Of a DNA stretch of 64,000 nucleotides, positions 39,349 through 49,368 are shown in pieces. The DNA comes from an uncultured Bacilli bacterium. GTDB taxonomy: Bacteria; Bacillota_I; Bacilli_A; RF39; UBA660. The notes beneath the pieces are model-generated. The model did no database searches, had not been told where the DNA came from, and saw nothing but the letters and a program-made list of their open reading frames with translations. The stretch is taken from NCBI GenBank assembly GCA_947629255.1, contig CANRDF010000001.1, positions 758-64,757 of the forward strand, given 5' to 3'. The position numbers and the translations under genes are program-made. Numbering within the stretch: position 1 is the stretch's first letter; the number at the start of each line of letters is the position of its first letter.

Positions 39349-40236
39349 TTATATCTTTTGTACTTTATTAATCCAGTCTTGAATAAAACTAGCAGGAATA
39401 TTTAAATTCTTGTCTTTTCCTGTTCCCATTTCTATATCTGGTTTTGTTTTTGCGTGATAATCCGAACCACCAGAAATATATTTATGATATTTATGAGCTA
39501 AATTTTTAATCAACTCACGTTCTTCTAAAGAAAATAAAGGATATTCTGCTTCAACACCATCTACATTAGTTGTTGCTAAAATAGTTTCTATTGTTTGTTG
39601 TTTATTATCAAAAGGATATAAAAATGGATGGGCTAAAAATGCTAATCCTCCCGCGTCATGAATTCTATCCACAACTTCTTTGATAGTTAAGAAATGAACC
39701 GTTTCATCATAATAGAAAACGCTATGCCTATTACTCGCGTGCATTCTAAAAAAACCAGTAGCCGTGAAATTTCCATATTGTTTAATTAATTCCTCATTGT
39801 CTTTATAACTTAGAATTTCATTTGCTATGACAAAAGATGCCCATTGTTTGGTTGGATCATTCCGATCAATATATAAATTCTCTTTGTTAAATTTAAATCC
39901 CAATTCTTCAATTTTCTTTGTGAATGCTTTTAATGCTTCATTTTGTAATGTTTCTTGATCAATTTGATGAATTTTTAATTTTTTATAATCTATTCCATAT
40001 GCGAGTATTTCTATTGGAACATGTTCATAAACTGCTTTCAGTTCCGATCCTGGTATAATCATACCAGAAAATTTTTCTCTTAAACTTGGATTTTCCTCAA
40101 GTTCTTGATAAGCCGCAACTTGATCATGATCCGTAATGGAAATGATCTCAAGTTTTTGATTTTCTGCATTACTTAAAAGTTCTGCTAAACTATCTGTTCC
40201 ATCTGAATAATTTGTATGCATATGCAAGTCGATCAT
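39349..40236 (-). CDS. PHP-domain metal-dependent phosphoesterase
   Basis: N-terminus MIDLHMHTNYSDGTDS. Only 28 bp after the paralog 2 stop, with its own RBS. No terminator in between. Confidence 0.75.
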   Translation of the reverse strand: MIDLHMHTNYSDGTDSLAELLSNAENQKLEIISITDHDQVAAYQELEENPSLREKFSGMIIPGSELKAVYEHVPIEILAYGIDYKKLKIHQIDQETLQNEALKAFTKKIEELGFKFNKENLYIDRNDPTKQWASFVIANEILSYKDNEELIKQYGNFTATGFFRMHASNRHSVFYYDETVHFLTIKEVVDRIHDAGGLAFLAHPFLYPFDNKQQTIETILATTNVDGVEAEYPLFSLEERELIKNLAHKYHKYISGGSDYHAKTKPDIEMGTGKDKNLNIPASFIQDWINKVQKI

Positions 40237-40264
40237 TTTATTTACCTCTTTCTTTTCATTTCTC

Positions 40265-42196
40265 TTATTTAATCATTTTTTCAATTGAGCTTTCATTTAA
40301 AATCGTTGCATTTGTTAAATCAAATTTTTCATTGATTAAAGGATTATCATTTAATATGATACGGCATCCCGACAAATCTCCTTTTTTCGTTAAATATTTT
40401 AATGTTTCATAACAATAACGAATTTTATTTAAGTCAATGAAAGCATTTGTTTCTCTTAAATTAGCTCCGTATATAGAACAATATGTAAAATCTGCACTAG
40501 ACAAATCAAGGCCTTCTAAATTACAATAATCTAAAATTTTTCCTTGAACTTTTTGAGGGTCAATATGAGCATTGGTTCCTTTTAAATTGGCTCCACCTAT
40601 ATAACATTTTGTAAAATCTTGACTACTTAAGTCAAACCCTTCAAAATTGACACCAGATAGATTTTTCTCCTTAATGGTTTGAAGATCAATATGAGCATTT
40701 GTACCTTTTAGATTGGCTCCTGATATATCACAATCCGTAAAATCGGCATTTGACAAATCAAGTCCTTCTAAGTTACAATTTCTTAAACTTTTCTCTTCCA
40801 CTTTTTGAGGATCAATATGTGCATTGGTTCCTTTTAGATTAGCTGCTCGTATAGTACAGTCGGTAAAATCTTGACTATTTAAATCTAAGTTTTCGAGATC
40901 GGTATGGTATAAATTTTTTCGTTTCACAGTTTGCGGATTAATATGTGCTCCGGTATTTTTTAAATTAGCTTTTGAGATGTCAACATCTGTAAAATCCGCA
41001 CTCGACAAATCAAGCCCTTCTAAGTTACAACCTTCTAAACATTTCCATTTTGCTTTTTGTGGATCTATATGAGCATTTGTACCTTTTAAATTTGCTCCCA
41101 TAATCTCACAACCCGTAAAATCCTGATGGCTTAGCTCTAATCCTTCAAAATTGACTTCAATTAATCTTTTCAGAGCAATAGTTTGAGGATCAATAAAAAC
41201 TTTGGCATTTTTTAAATTAACTCCTTCTATATAAACACCTGTAAAATCCGCATTAGAGAGATCTAAACCTTCTAAATTGCATCTTCTTAAATCTTTATTA
41301 TAAATTTTTTGAGGATTAATACGCGCAGATGTATTACTTAAATCACAACGAAAAATCCATGCATCAGTAAAGTCTACAGTAGATAAATCAATACCACTTA
41401 AATCTGCATCTCTAAAATGTTTTGATTTTGCTCTTTCTACTCCAACTCTTTCAATAACTGCTTCTTTTGCTTTTCTTAAATAAGCAAGTGGAATCATTTC
41501 AGATTGAATTCTTTTTAATGTGCTCCTAAACGAAGTATGAGTAGAACTCTTTTCTTCTTTCACTTCGACTTTCGTCTCTTTTTCTTCAATAGAGATGATT
41601 TCTTGCTTAGTAGAACAAAGATAGTCTTCTAATATAGTCTCTAATGTATAATTTTCTAAATGTTCTGGTAAAGAAAGAAAATTTGCTTTTCCATAACTTT
41701 GAATACTCTCTATTAAGTATGGAAATTTTTTTAAATCTTGATAGTAATTTATATATTCTTCTTTTTCTTCTTGATAATCTTGAATGATTTTTTTAAGAAG
41801 CAAATTATGATAACGTTTATAAATCTCTTTTTGAAGATCCATATCCCCAAAAGTTAAAACAAGCTTTTCTAGTTTGTTTTCAATAATATCAAATTTTTCT
41901 AAATTCACATCTAAATTCCAATCTTCTGTTAAATGAATCAGTTCTAAAAATAAAATATAAATTTCTAAATCCATTTCTATTTTCATGAGTTCTACAGATA
42001 ACTCTGTTTCTGGATTTGCATAAGAACTTAAAACCAAACTTCCTTCTTTTTGTTCTTGTTCTTTTTTTAATTTGTAATTTGAAATTAATAAATCTAATTT
42101 TTGACTTTCCTTTTCGAGTGAAATAGAATATGCTTTTAATTCTTCTATCACTTTTTTTAAATATTCTATTTTATTTATATTTTCCATTTGTAACAT
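40265..42196 (-). CDS. pentapeptide-repeat protein with N-terminal coiled-coil domain (paralog 2)
   Basis: N-terminal ~230 aa nearly identical to paralog 1. Same 40-aa super-repeats and C-terminus. Confidence 0.7.
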   Translation of the reverse strand: MLQMENINKIEYLKKVIEELKAYSISLEKESQKLDLLISNYKLKKEQEQKEGSLVLSSYANPETELSVELMKIEMDLEIYILFLELIHLTEDWNLDVNLEKFDIIENKLEKLVLTFGDMDLQKEIYKRYHNLLLKKIIQDYQEEKEEYINYYQDLKKFPYLIESIQSYGKANFLSLPEHLENYTLETILEDYLCSTKQEIISIEEKETKVEVKEEKSSTHTSFRSTLKRIQSEMIPLAYLRKAKEAVIERVGVERAKSKHFRDADLSGIDLSTVDFTDAWIFRCDLSNTSARINPQKIYNKDLRRCNLEGLDLSNADFTGVYIEGVNLKNAKVFIDPQTIALKRLIEVNFEGLELSHQDFTGCEIMGANLKGTNAHIDPQKAKWKCLEGCNLEGLDLSSADFTDVDISKANLKNTGAHINPQTVKRKNLYHTDLENLDLNSQDFTDCTIRAANLKGTNAHIDPQKVEEKSLRNCNLEGLDLSNADFTDCDISGANLKGTNAHIDLQTIKEKNLSGVNFEGFDLSSQDFTKCYIGGANLKGTNAHIDPQKVQGKILDYCNLEGLDLSSADFTYCSIYGANLRETNAFIDLNKIRYCYETLKYLTKKGDLSGCRIILNDNPLINEKFDLTNATILNESSIEKMIK

Positions 42197-42247
42197 ATAA
42201 TCACCTTATCTATCTCTATTATAGCAAAGAACAGTATATTTTCAAAT

Positions 42248-42273
42248 AAAAAAAACGAATCTTTTATGACTCG
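42248..42273 (-). terminator. conserved terminator (copy 2 of 4)
   Basis: Same element as 39300-39323. Confidence 0.6.
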
Positions 42274-42303
42274 TTATATTGAATAAATTTTTTTCTTAGT
42301 TAT

Positions 42304-43335
42304 TTATTTAACAAGTTTTCTTGTTTGTACTTCTTCTCTATCTAAAATAATCGCATTTGTTAAATCAAATTGTTCATTAACTCTAGGATCATCACTTAAT
42401 ATAACACGACACCCTGATAAATTACCTTTTTTTATTCTTCCTAATTCTAATTCTGTATTGAATTCATAATAATATCGTTTGATTTTATTTAAATCAATAA
42501 ATGCATCAGTTTGTTCTAAATTAGCTCCATATATATTAACATCTGTAAAATCTGCATCCGATAAATTCAAGCCTTTCAAATTACAATTTCTTAAACTTTG
42601 ATATTCGATATTTTGAGGATCTATATGAGCATTGGTATCTCTTAAATCGGTGTCATAAATAGACACACCTGTAAAATCCGCACTCGACAAATCAATTCCT
42701 TCTAAATTACAACAGAATAAACTTTTCCTTTGAACTTTTTGAGGATTAATATGAGCATTCGTTCCCCTTAGATTAGCTCCATCTATGTCACAATCTGTAA
42801 AATCCGCACTCGACAAATCAAGTCCTTCTAAATTACAATATCTTAAACATTTTTCTCTCACTTTCTGAGGATCAATATGCGCATTCGTTCCTTTTAAATT
42901 AGTATTAAAAATGAGTACATCTGTAAAATCTTGAGTGCTTAGGTCTAATCCTTCAAGATTGGCATCATATAGAGTTTTCAAAAAAACAGTTTGAGGATTA
43001 ATAAAAGCTTTTGTATTTTTTAAATTAGCTCCTACTATTCTAACATTGTTAAAGGAAGCTTTAGAAAGATCTATTCCTTCTAAATTACAATCTCCTAAAT
43101 CTTTTTCATACACTTTTTGAGGGTCAATATGCGCATTGGTGTTTTTTAAGTTACACTCTACTACATTTACCCTTGTAAAATCTACAGTAGACAAATCAAT
43201 GCCACTTAAATTCTGCCTGAAAAAAAATCTGATTTTCGCATCGTCCAATCCAATTTTTTGAATAACTGCCATCTTAGCTTTTCCTAAATAAGGCAAAAAC
43301 GTTAATAGATACTGAAGCTTTTTAATATTTTCCAT
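42304..43335 (-). CDS. pentapeptide-repeat protein, short form lacking the N-terminal domain (paralog 3)
   Basis: 343 aa. Starts MENIKKLQY..LGKAKMAVIQKIGLD, then the same repeats and C-terminus. Confidence 0.7.
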   Translation of the reverse strand: MENIKKLQYLLTFLPYLGKAKMAVIQKIGLDDAKIRFFFRQNLSGIDLSTVDFTRVNVVECNLKNTNAHIDPQKVYEKDLGDCNLEGIDLSKASFNNVRIVGANLKNTKAFINPQTVFLKTLYDANLEGLDLSTQDFTDVLIFNTNLKGTNAHIDPQKVREKCLRYCNLEGLDLSSADFTDCDIDGANLRGTNAHINPQKVQRKSLFCCNLEGIDLSSADFTGVSIYDTDLRDTNAHIDPQNIEYQSLRNCNLKGLNLSDADFTDVNIYGANLEQTDAFIDLNKIKRYYYEFNTELELGRIKKGNLSGCRVILSDDPRVNEQFDLTNAIILDREEVQTRKLVK

Positions 43336-43390
43336 AAGATAACCTCCCTATGAGTCTTATTATAGCAAATAATCATGAATTTTCAACTAC

Positions 43391-43415
43391 AAAAAAACGA
43401 ATCTTTTATGACTCG
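43391..43415 (-). terminator. conserved terminator (copy 3 of 4)
   Basis: Same element as the other copies. Confidence 0.6.
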
Positions 43416-43443
43416 TTATATTGAATAAATTTTTTGTTAGCAT

Positions 43444-44364
43444 TTATTTAACCAGTTTTCTTACTTGTACTTCCTCTCTATCTAAAAGAATCGCATTTGT
43501 TAAATCAAATTGTACATTAAATTGAGGATCATCACTTAATATGACACGGCAACCCGATAAATTGCCTCTATTTATAAATGATAATCCTAACTGAACTCCT
43601 ACTCGGAATCCAACTTCTTCGTCATCGTCTCGTTTTATTTTATTTAAATCAATAAGCGCATCGGTTTCTTCTAAATTAGCTCCGTATATAGAACAACCTG
43701 TAAAATCTGCATTCGATAAATTCAAGCCTTTTAAATTACAATGATTTAAACTTTTTGCTCTCACTTTTTGAGGTTCAATATGAGCATTGGTTCCTTTTAA
43801 ATCTGTGAAATCAATCCACACATCTGTAAAATCTGCATTCGATAAATCTAAGCCTCTTAAATTAGTTTTTCTTAAATTTTTACCATATATCTCTTGAGGA
43901 TTAATATGCGCACTCGTTCCTTTTAAATTAACCCCTTCTATAGAACAATCTGTAAAATTTGCATCCGATAAATCTAAACCTTCTAAATTACAATATCTTA
44001 AACTTTTTACTCTTACTTTTTGAGGATCAATATGCGCATTAGTTCCTTTCAAATTAGTATCAAAAAAGAGTACATCTGTAAAATCTTGAGTGCTTAGGTC
44101 TAATCCTTCAAGATTGACACAAAACAAGGTTTTACCAAAAACAGTTTGAGGATCAATATGAGCAAAAGTATCCCTTAAATCACATTCAGAAATCCATACA
44201 TTTGTAAAATCTACAGTTGACAAATCAATACCCCTTAAATTCTTACTGTGAAAATCTCTGCTTTTCGCATTATCTAATCCAATTTTTGAAATCACTTCCA
44301 TCTTAGCTTTTCCTAAATAAGGCAAAAACGTTAATTGATACTGAAGCTTTTTAATATTTTCCAT
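43444..44364 (-). CDS. pentapeptide-repeat protein, short form (paralog 4)
   Basis: Start MENIKKLQYQLTF with RBS GGGAGG. Same repeats and C-terminus. Confidence 0.7.
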   Translation of the reverse strand: MENIKKLQYQLTFLPYLGKAKMEVISKIGLDNAKSRDFHSKNLRGIDLSTVDFTNVWISECDLRDTFAHIDPQTVFGKTLFCVNLEGLDLSTQDFTDVLFFDTNLKGTNAHIDPQKVRVKSLRYCNLEGLDLSDANFTDCSIEGVNLKGTSAHINPQEIYGKNLRKTNLRGLDLSNADFTDVWIDFTDLKGTNAHIEPQKVRAKSLNHCNLKGLNLSNADFTGCSIYGANLEETDALIDLNKIKRDDDEEVGFRVGVQLGLSFINRGNLSGCRVILSDDPQFNVQFDLTNAILLDREEVQVRKLVK

Positions 44365-44422
44365 AATCAAAAACCTCCCTATGGGTCTTATTATAAACAA
44401 AGAACCATATATTTTCAACCAT

Positions 44423-44450
44423 AAAAAAACGAATCCTTTTATGAGACTCG
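44423..44450 (-). terminator. conserved terminator (copy 4 of 4), serving hbs
   Basis: Same element, immediately downstream of hbs. Confidence 0.6.
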
Positions 44451-44462
44451 CTTTTCTTATTC

Positions 44463-44735
44463 TTATTGAACAGAATCTTTTAATTTCTTTCCAACTTTGA
44501 AACTAACAACTTTCTTTGCTGGAATTTTCATAGTTTCGCCAGTAGCTGGATTACGTCCTTCTCTTGCATCACGTTTTTTAACAGAGAATTTACCAAAACC
44601 TACGAAAGTAATATCTTTTCCTTTCTTAAGTCCTTCCTCTACTGTAGCGAAGAATGCATCTAATGCACGTCCTGCTTGAGCTTTGCTCATTTCTGCTTTT
44701 TCAGCAACTGCGTCAATAACGTCTTGTCTTGACAT
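44463..44735 (-). CDS. hup: DNA-binding protein HU
   Basis: 90 aa. GFGKFSVKKRDAREGRNPATGETMKIPAKKVVSFK is the canonical HU arm. Confidence 0.92.
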   Translation of the reverse strand: MSRQDVIDAVAEKAEMSKAQAGRALDAFFATVEEGLKKGKDITFVGFGKFSVKKRDAREGRNPATGETMKIPAKKVVSFKVGKKLKDSVQ

Positions 44736-44796
44736 TTTTTATACCTCCCTTTCAAATTTCATAAGGCCGTATTACCTTACACATTAAAAGTAACAG

Positions 44797-44823
44797 AAAA
44801 TAGAAAGAAATGCAAGAAAAAAT
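44797..44823 (-). terminator. terminator downstream of spoIVA
   Basis: AAATGTGC-loop-GCACATTT followed by a U-run. Confidence 0.55.
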
Positions 44824-44847
44824 GTGCATTTTTCGCACATTTTTACA

Positions 44848-46326
44848 TTAAATGACAAATGCAATCAAGTTACTTGACCCTTTGTTTACAATTTTTGTCA
44901 CGGTTTGAGACAATTTATAACGAGTATTTTCAGGCATAATGGAAAGTTTGGCTTGAATTCCTTCTTTTACAATCACATCTAAACTACGTCCAAAGATTTC
45001 ACTTTTCCAAATACTAGATGGATCTGTTTGATAGTCTTTCATTAAATAGTTAATAAGTTCTTTACTTTGAAGTTCAGAACCAATAATAGGTTCAAAGGTA
45101 CTTTCGACATCGACACGCATTAAATGAATACTACTAGCAACCGCTTTTAACTTCACACCATAACGATTTCCTTGTTTAATAATTTCTGGAGTCGATAACT
45201 TCATATCTTTTAAGGTTGGAAAAACAATACCATATCCTGTTGTTTTGGCAGATCTTAATGCTTCTTTTAGGCCATCTAGTTCTTCTTTTCCTTCGGCATA
45301 AGTCGTGAATACTTTTAGGAGTCCCGCTTTACTTGTCGCAGCGTCTCCCACTAAACTCTTTAAAACACTTTGATAAAGAGCATCTTCACTTTCCAAACGA
45401 ATCGATACAATTCCATTTGCAGTATCTAAGTTACTAATATAAGCTTTAGAAATGATTTCGGAATCGGTAAAATGACTGATGATGTTTTCCACATCTCTTA
45501 CTTTAGAGACACTTCCAACACTTTCTTTAATTTTTTCTAAATAATGCTTTTTAATCTCATGAGTATTGGATAACACATGAACCCATTCAGGAATATCAAT
45601 TGCAATATCCATGACAGGAAATTCATATAAAGCTTCTTTTAAAATATTTAGTATTTCTGGTTCTTCCATCTCTTCGACATTTATAGGTAGAACTGGAACA
45701 TTATAAGTATTACTTAAGTTGTCTTTTAAAGCTCTTGTACTATCGGCATTTGGCTTACTACTATTTAAAACAATAATAAAAGGTTTGCCAATTGCCATTA
45801 ACTCACTGATGACTTTTTCCTCGGCATCTAGATAATCTTCTCTTTTGAGCTCGCCAAAAGAACCATCAGTTGTTACTACAATTCCAATCGTAGAATGATC
45901 TTTAATCACTTTTTCTGTTCCAATCTCAGCTGCTTCTACAAAAGGTACGGAATCATTGAACCACGGTGTTTTAATCATTCTTGGGTTCCCATCTTGGTCT
46001 TCATATCCAACTGAATTTGGAATGACAAATCCTACACAATCAACAAGCTTAATATCAGCTTCAAAATCATCCACTTTAATTTTAGCACCAGAAGATGGAA
46101 CAAACTTAGGCTCTGTTGTCATAATGGTTTTACCTTGAGCACTTTGAGGAATTTCATCTAAACAACGCTTCTTTTCATATTCATCTGTAATATTCGGAAC
46201 CACTAAGTTTTCAATAAAACGTTTAATAAAGGTACTTTTTCCTGTTCGAACGGCTCCGACAACTCCTAAATAAATTTCTCCATTTCCACGTTTGGCTATG
46301 GATGACAATAATTCTTTCTTATCCAT
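44848..46326 (-). CDS. spoIVA: stage IV sporulation protein A
   Basis: 492 aa. N-terminus GEIYLGVVGAVRTGKSTFIKRFIENLVVPNI matches the SpoIVA Walker A region. spoIVA-hbs synteny as in Bacillus. Confidence 0.88.
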   Translation of the reverse strand: MDKKELLSSIAKRGNGEIYLGVVGAVRTGKSTFIKRFIENLVVPNITDEYEKKRCLDEIPQSAQGKTIMTTEPKFVPSSGAKIKVDDFEADIKLVDCVGFVIPNSVGYEDQDGNPRMIKTPWFNDSVPFVEAAEIGTEKVIKDHSTIGIVVTTDGSFGELKREDYLDAEEKVISELMAIGKPFIIVLNSSKPNADSTRALKDNLSNTYNVPVLPINVEEMEEPEILNILKEALYEFPVMDIAIDIPEWVHVLSNTHEIKKHYLEKIKESVGSVSKVRDVENIISHFTDSEIISKAYISNLDTANGIVSIRLESEDALYQSVLKSLVGDAATSKAGLLKVFTTYAEGKEELDGLKEALRSAKTTGYGIVFPTLKDMKLSTPEIIKQGNRYGVKLKAVASSIHLMRVDVESTFEPIIGSELQSKELINYLMKDYQTDPSSIWKSEIFGRSLDVIVKEGIQAKLSIMPENTRYKLSQTVTKIVNKGSSNLIAFVI

Positions 46327-46514
46327 TCATAATCACCTATTTCCATATTATGATAGAAAAATAAAACTATTCCTCTGTTCAAAAACAAAATTTTGTATTA
46401 TAATAATGTTGTAAACGCGAGAAAAAGTGAAAAATTATCATTTTTTAATCATATACAACCACTACTACTCGATTATTTCACTTTCTTTTGCGAAAATAGA
46501 TGTAGGTGATAAAA

Positions 46515-46952
46515 ATGAATTTTGAAAGGTTAAGACAATTAAGGAACCTAGAAGGAATTACTCAACAAAATATTGCTGATGTACTTCACGTTCAACGTGC
46601 AACTTATGCAGGTTGGGAAACTGGAAAGGATATCATGCCACTTCGACAATTAAATAAGATTGCCAATAATTATAAGGTAAGCTTAGACTATGTCACTGGA
46701 TTATCAAATGATAATCGTAAGATGAAAAGTAAAATTGGCGATGTGATTGATGTTAATTTAGTTTCTGAAAACTTAAAGAAAACGAGAAAATCTAAAGCCT
46801 TAACTCAAAAAGCAGTTGCAGATGCTCTTCAAACAACTCAGTCTAATATTCATAAATATGAAACTGGAAAATGTTTGATTACAACTGTTTATGCTTTAGA
46901 GTTTGCAAAACACTTCTCATGTTCCTTAGATGACTTATTAGGAAGAAAATAA
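46515..46952 (+). CDS. tandem-HTH XRE-family transcriptional regulator (paralog of 10862-11299)
   Basis: Two HTH units. MNFERLRQL start with the same RBS context (TAGGTGATA...ATGAATTTTGAAAGG). Confidence 0.7.
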   Translation: MNFERLRQLRNLEGITQQNIADVLHVQRATYAGWETGKDIMPLRQLNKIANNYKVSLDYVTGLSNDNRKMKSKIGDVIDVNLVSENLKKTRKSKALTQKAVADALQTTQSNIHKYETGKCLITTVYALEFAKHFSCSLDDLLGRK

Positions 46953-46979
46953 GTAGAGACTTCAAAATCTCTACTTTTT

Positions 46980-47222
46980 TTAAAACATTTTTTCGACTCC
47001 TTTAGGAACTTTATCTTGGGTAATCGTTTCAATAATCTTATCTTCTTTTTCTTTAGAAACAGTTTTCCCAGTCATTTTACTTAATGTCGCGATCACTTCT
47101 CTTAATGTTGCTTCATCTTTCATGTTCCCGTTTTGAAGTTTCTCGGCCAAAGATAGAATGGTATTCTTATCGACTTTGGTCTTTTTTTCAACTTTTTCAA
47201 AAAAATGGTCTCCGAATTCCAT
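46980..47222 (-). CDS. SpoVIF-like small sporulation protein
   Basis: 80 aa, MEFGDHFFEKVEKKTKVDKNTILSLAEKLQNGNMKDEATLREVI... RBS AGGTAGGTG. The 116-aa ORF-track start is rejected. Confidence 0.5.
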   Translation of the reverse strand: MEFGDHFFEKVEKKTKVDKNTILSLAEKLQNGNMKDEATLREVIATLSKMTGKTVSKEKEDKIIETITQDKVPKGVEKMF

Positions 47223-47464
47223 AAAACACCTACCTAATGATATTTTATGAAAGGGAAACCATTTTGTGTTAGTCCATTTTTTGTTCTGATTCATTTTGGA
47301 TTTTGAAAGGAGTGTCCGCCTCAATAACATTCAAGTTTGGACTAACAGTCGCTTTTTCTAAGTGACTGCAACCTATTTTAACGGTCTTAAATCCTTTTTT
47401 CAAGAGAAGATTTTGACAAGTTTTGTATTCTATTATCGAGTATTGTCGAAGATTGTCGAAAATG

Positions 47465-48766
47465 TTATTCTTCTTTATTTTTAAATTTTAAAATAATAGG
47501 TGTACCCGTTAAATCAATGTTTTCTCTAAGTTTATTTTCTAAATATCTTTCATAACTAAAATGTACGAGTCCTTTGTCATTTACAGAAAACGTAAACTTT
47601 GGAGGTTCACTTCCCTCTTGACTTACAAAATAAATTTTTAATCTTCTTCCTCTGTAAGAAGGAGCTTCATGTAAGTTTGTGGCATCTTCAATAATACTAT
47701 TTAAAGTCGATGTTGGAATTTGTTTTTGATGATTTTCATAAGCAGAGATGATTTCAGGCATTAATGTCGAAATTCTTTTTTTGGTTTTGGCCGATAAAAA
47801 GACGACTTTAGCATAAGTTGCAAACTGAAACTCATATTTTAATTTTTCTTTCCAAGTTTTTAAGGCATTTTCATCTTCTACAGTATCCCACTTATTCACA
47901 CAGATGACTAAGGCTTTTCCAGATTCAATCGCCATACCTGCGATATGCTTATCATGTTCAATGATTCCTTCCTCGGCATCAATCACAAGAACACAAACGT
48001 CACTTCGTTCAATCGCTTTTAAACTTCTTAGTAAACTATATTTTTCAATCGATTCATAAATTCGTCCTTTTTTACGCATCCCAGCCGTATCAATCATGAT
48101 GTAATCTTCCCCGTGATACTTAAATCTTGTGTCTGTGGCATCCCTGGTCGTTCCTGCAATATCACTGACAATCGCTCGTTCTTTATTTAAAATCGCATTA
48201 ACTAAACTGCTTTTTCCAACATTTGGTCTACCAATGAAACAAAACTTACAAATTTGTTCTTCTTCCTCTGTATCTTCAGCTAAGTCTTCTGTGATTTTGT
48301 CAAGTAAGACATTCACACCTATTTTATGCGCGGCAGATACAGGTATAACATGTTCAAAGCCAAGTTCATAAAAACGATAGATTTCTTCTTCCCTTTTTTC
48401 GTTATCGATTTTATTGACTACGACAATCACTTCTTTGTTTGTTTTATGAAGTAAATCACGAATTTGATAATCACTTTGATTAAGTTCTGTCTTCCCATCG
48501 ACTACGAATAAAATTAAATCGGCCTCATCAATCGCAAATGTTGCTTGAGCCAAAATATCTTTTTGAAAATTATCTTCCCCAAACTCTAACCCACCTGTAT
48601 CAATGATATGAAATGTTTTATTTTTATAAGTCACAGTCCCATAAATACGGTCTCTCGTAATTCCAGGCATATCTAAAATAATCGATTTATCTTCACCAAC
48701 AAATCGATTAAACAAACTCGATTTTCCAGTATTTGGTCTTCCTATCAAACACACTGTTTTCATCAC
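47465..48766 (-). CDS. der: ribosome-biogenesis GTPase Der (EngA)
   Basis: Two tandem GTPase domains (GRPNTGKSSLFN and GRPNVGKSSLVN) plus a KH-like C-terminus. Confidence 0.92.
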   Translation of the reverse strand: MMKTVCLIGRPNTGKSSLFNRFVGEDKSIILDMPGITRDRIYGTVTYKNKTFHIIDTGGLEFGEDNFQKDILAQATFAIDEADLILFVVDGKTELNQSDYQIRDLLHKTNKEVIVVVNKIDNEKREEEIYRFYELGFEHVIPVSAAHKIGVNVLLDKITEDLAEDTEEEEQICKFCFIGRPNVGKSSLVNAILNKERAIVSDIAGTTRDATDTRFKYHGEDYIMIDTAGMRKKGRIYESIEKYSLLRSLKAIERSDVCVLVIDAEEGIIEHDKHIAGMAIESGKALVICVNKWDTVEDENALKTWKEKLKYEFQFATYAKVVFLSAKTKKRISTLMPEIISAYENHQKQIPTSTLNSIIEDATNLHEAPSYRGRRLKIYFVSQEGSEPPKFTFSVNDKGLVHFSYERYLENKLRENIDLTGTPIILKFKNKEE

Positions 48767-48819
48767 ACGTCACCTCGAATAAGTTCTTATTTTATCAAAA
48801 AGTAACTGAATTGTAAACT

Positions 48820-49296
48820 TTAACATGCTCTTTCAGGTCTTTGAACACACACGATTTGTCCATTTTGTCTTGGACTTTCCCCACTGTTACAAACTCTAAC
48901 TTCTTCATCACAGGCATCTTTTAATGTTGTATTCGTTTCAATAAAGAAAGCATATGCACGATTATTGTTTAAATAAATTCCAACTACATTATCATCCATA
49001 CCGTCTCCTGTAAAAGGATTTTCTATATAAAAATCGTCATGATCTTCTTTACTTGTAATTCCTTGAGTTACCAAATCTTTCACAGTTAAAGCTTTATAAC
49101 AACTTGTTGACAATTGACTTAAATGTCCATCTCCCCAACGTTTGGCATCAGATATAATCATATCTACTTTTTCACAATACATATTTTTTTTAATACTATT
49201 TGATATTCCAATGGCACTTGGAACTGCAATGGTTGCAAGTAAACCAAGTATTACAATGACTGCTAGAAGTTCCACTAAAGTAAATCCTTTATTCAT
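48820..49296 (-). CDS. prepilin-type N-terminal cleavage/methylation domain protein (type IV pilin/pseudopilin-like)
   Basis: MNKG|FTLVELLAVIVILGLLATIAV class III signal. C-terminal Cys pair (CNSGESPRQNGQIVC). RBS AAGGTGAG. Confidence 0.75.
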   Translation of the reverse strand: MNKGFTLVELLAVIVILGLLATIAVPSAIGISNSIKKNMYCEKVDMIISDAKRWGDGHLSQLSTSCYKALTVKDLVTQGITSKEDHDDFYIENPFTGDGMDDNVVGIYLNNNRAYAFFIETNTTLKDACDEEVRVCNSGESPRQNGQIVCVQRPERAC

Positions 49297-49368
49297 TATT
49301 CTCACCTTAGTTTAATATTAACATGAAAAGAAAAAAAAGTAAACCTACGCAGTTCTAACTTCGTAAAT

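Noticed and set aside
36615-44418. Pentapeptide-repeat genes considered as Qnr/MfpA-type quinolone-resistance genes
   Set aside because: Known Qnr/MfpA proteins are ~180-220 aa single-domain proteins. These are 306-877 aa with a distinctive 40-aa super-repeat and extra domains, so a direct Qnr call is not justified.
49296-49305. ORF-track start of the pilin gene at 49305
   Set aside because: That start is a GTG. The ATG at 49296 has an AAGGTGAG RBS and gives the canonical short prepilin leader MNKG|FTLVE.
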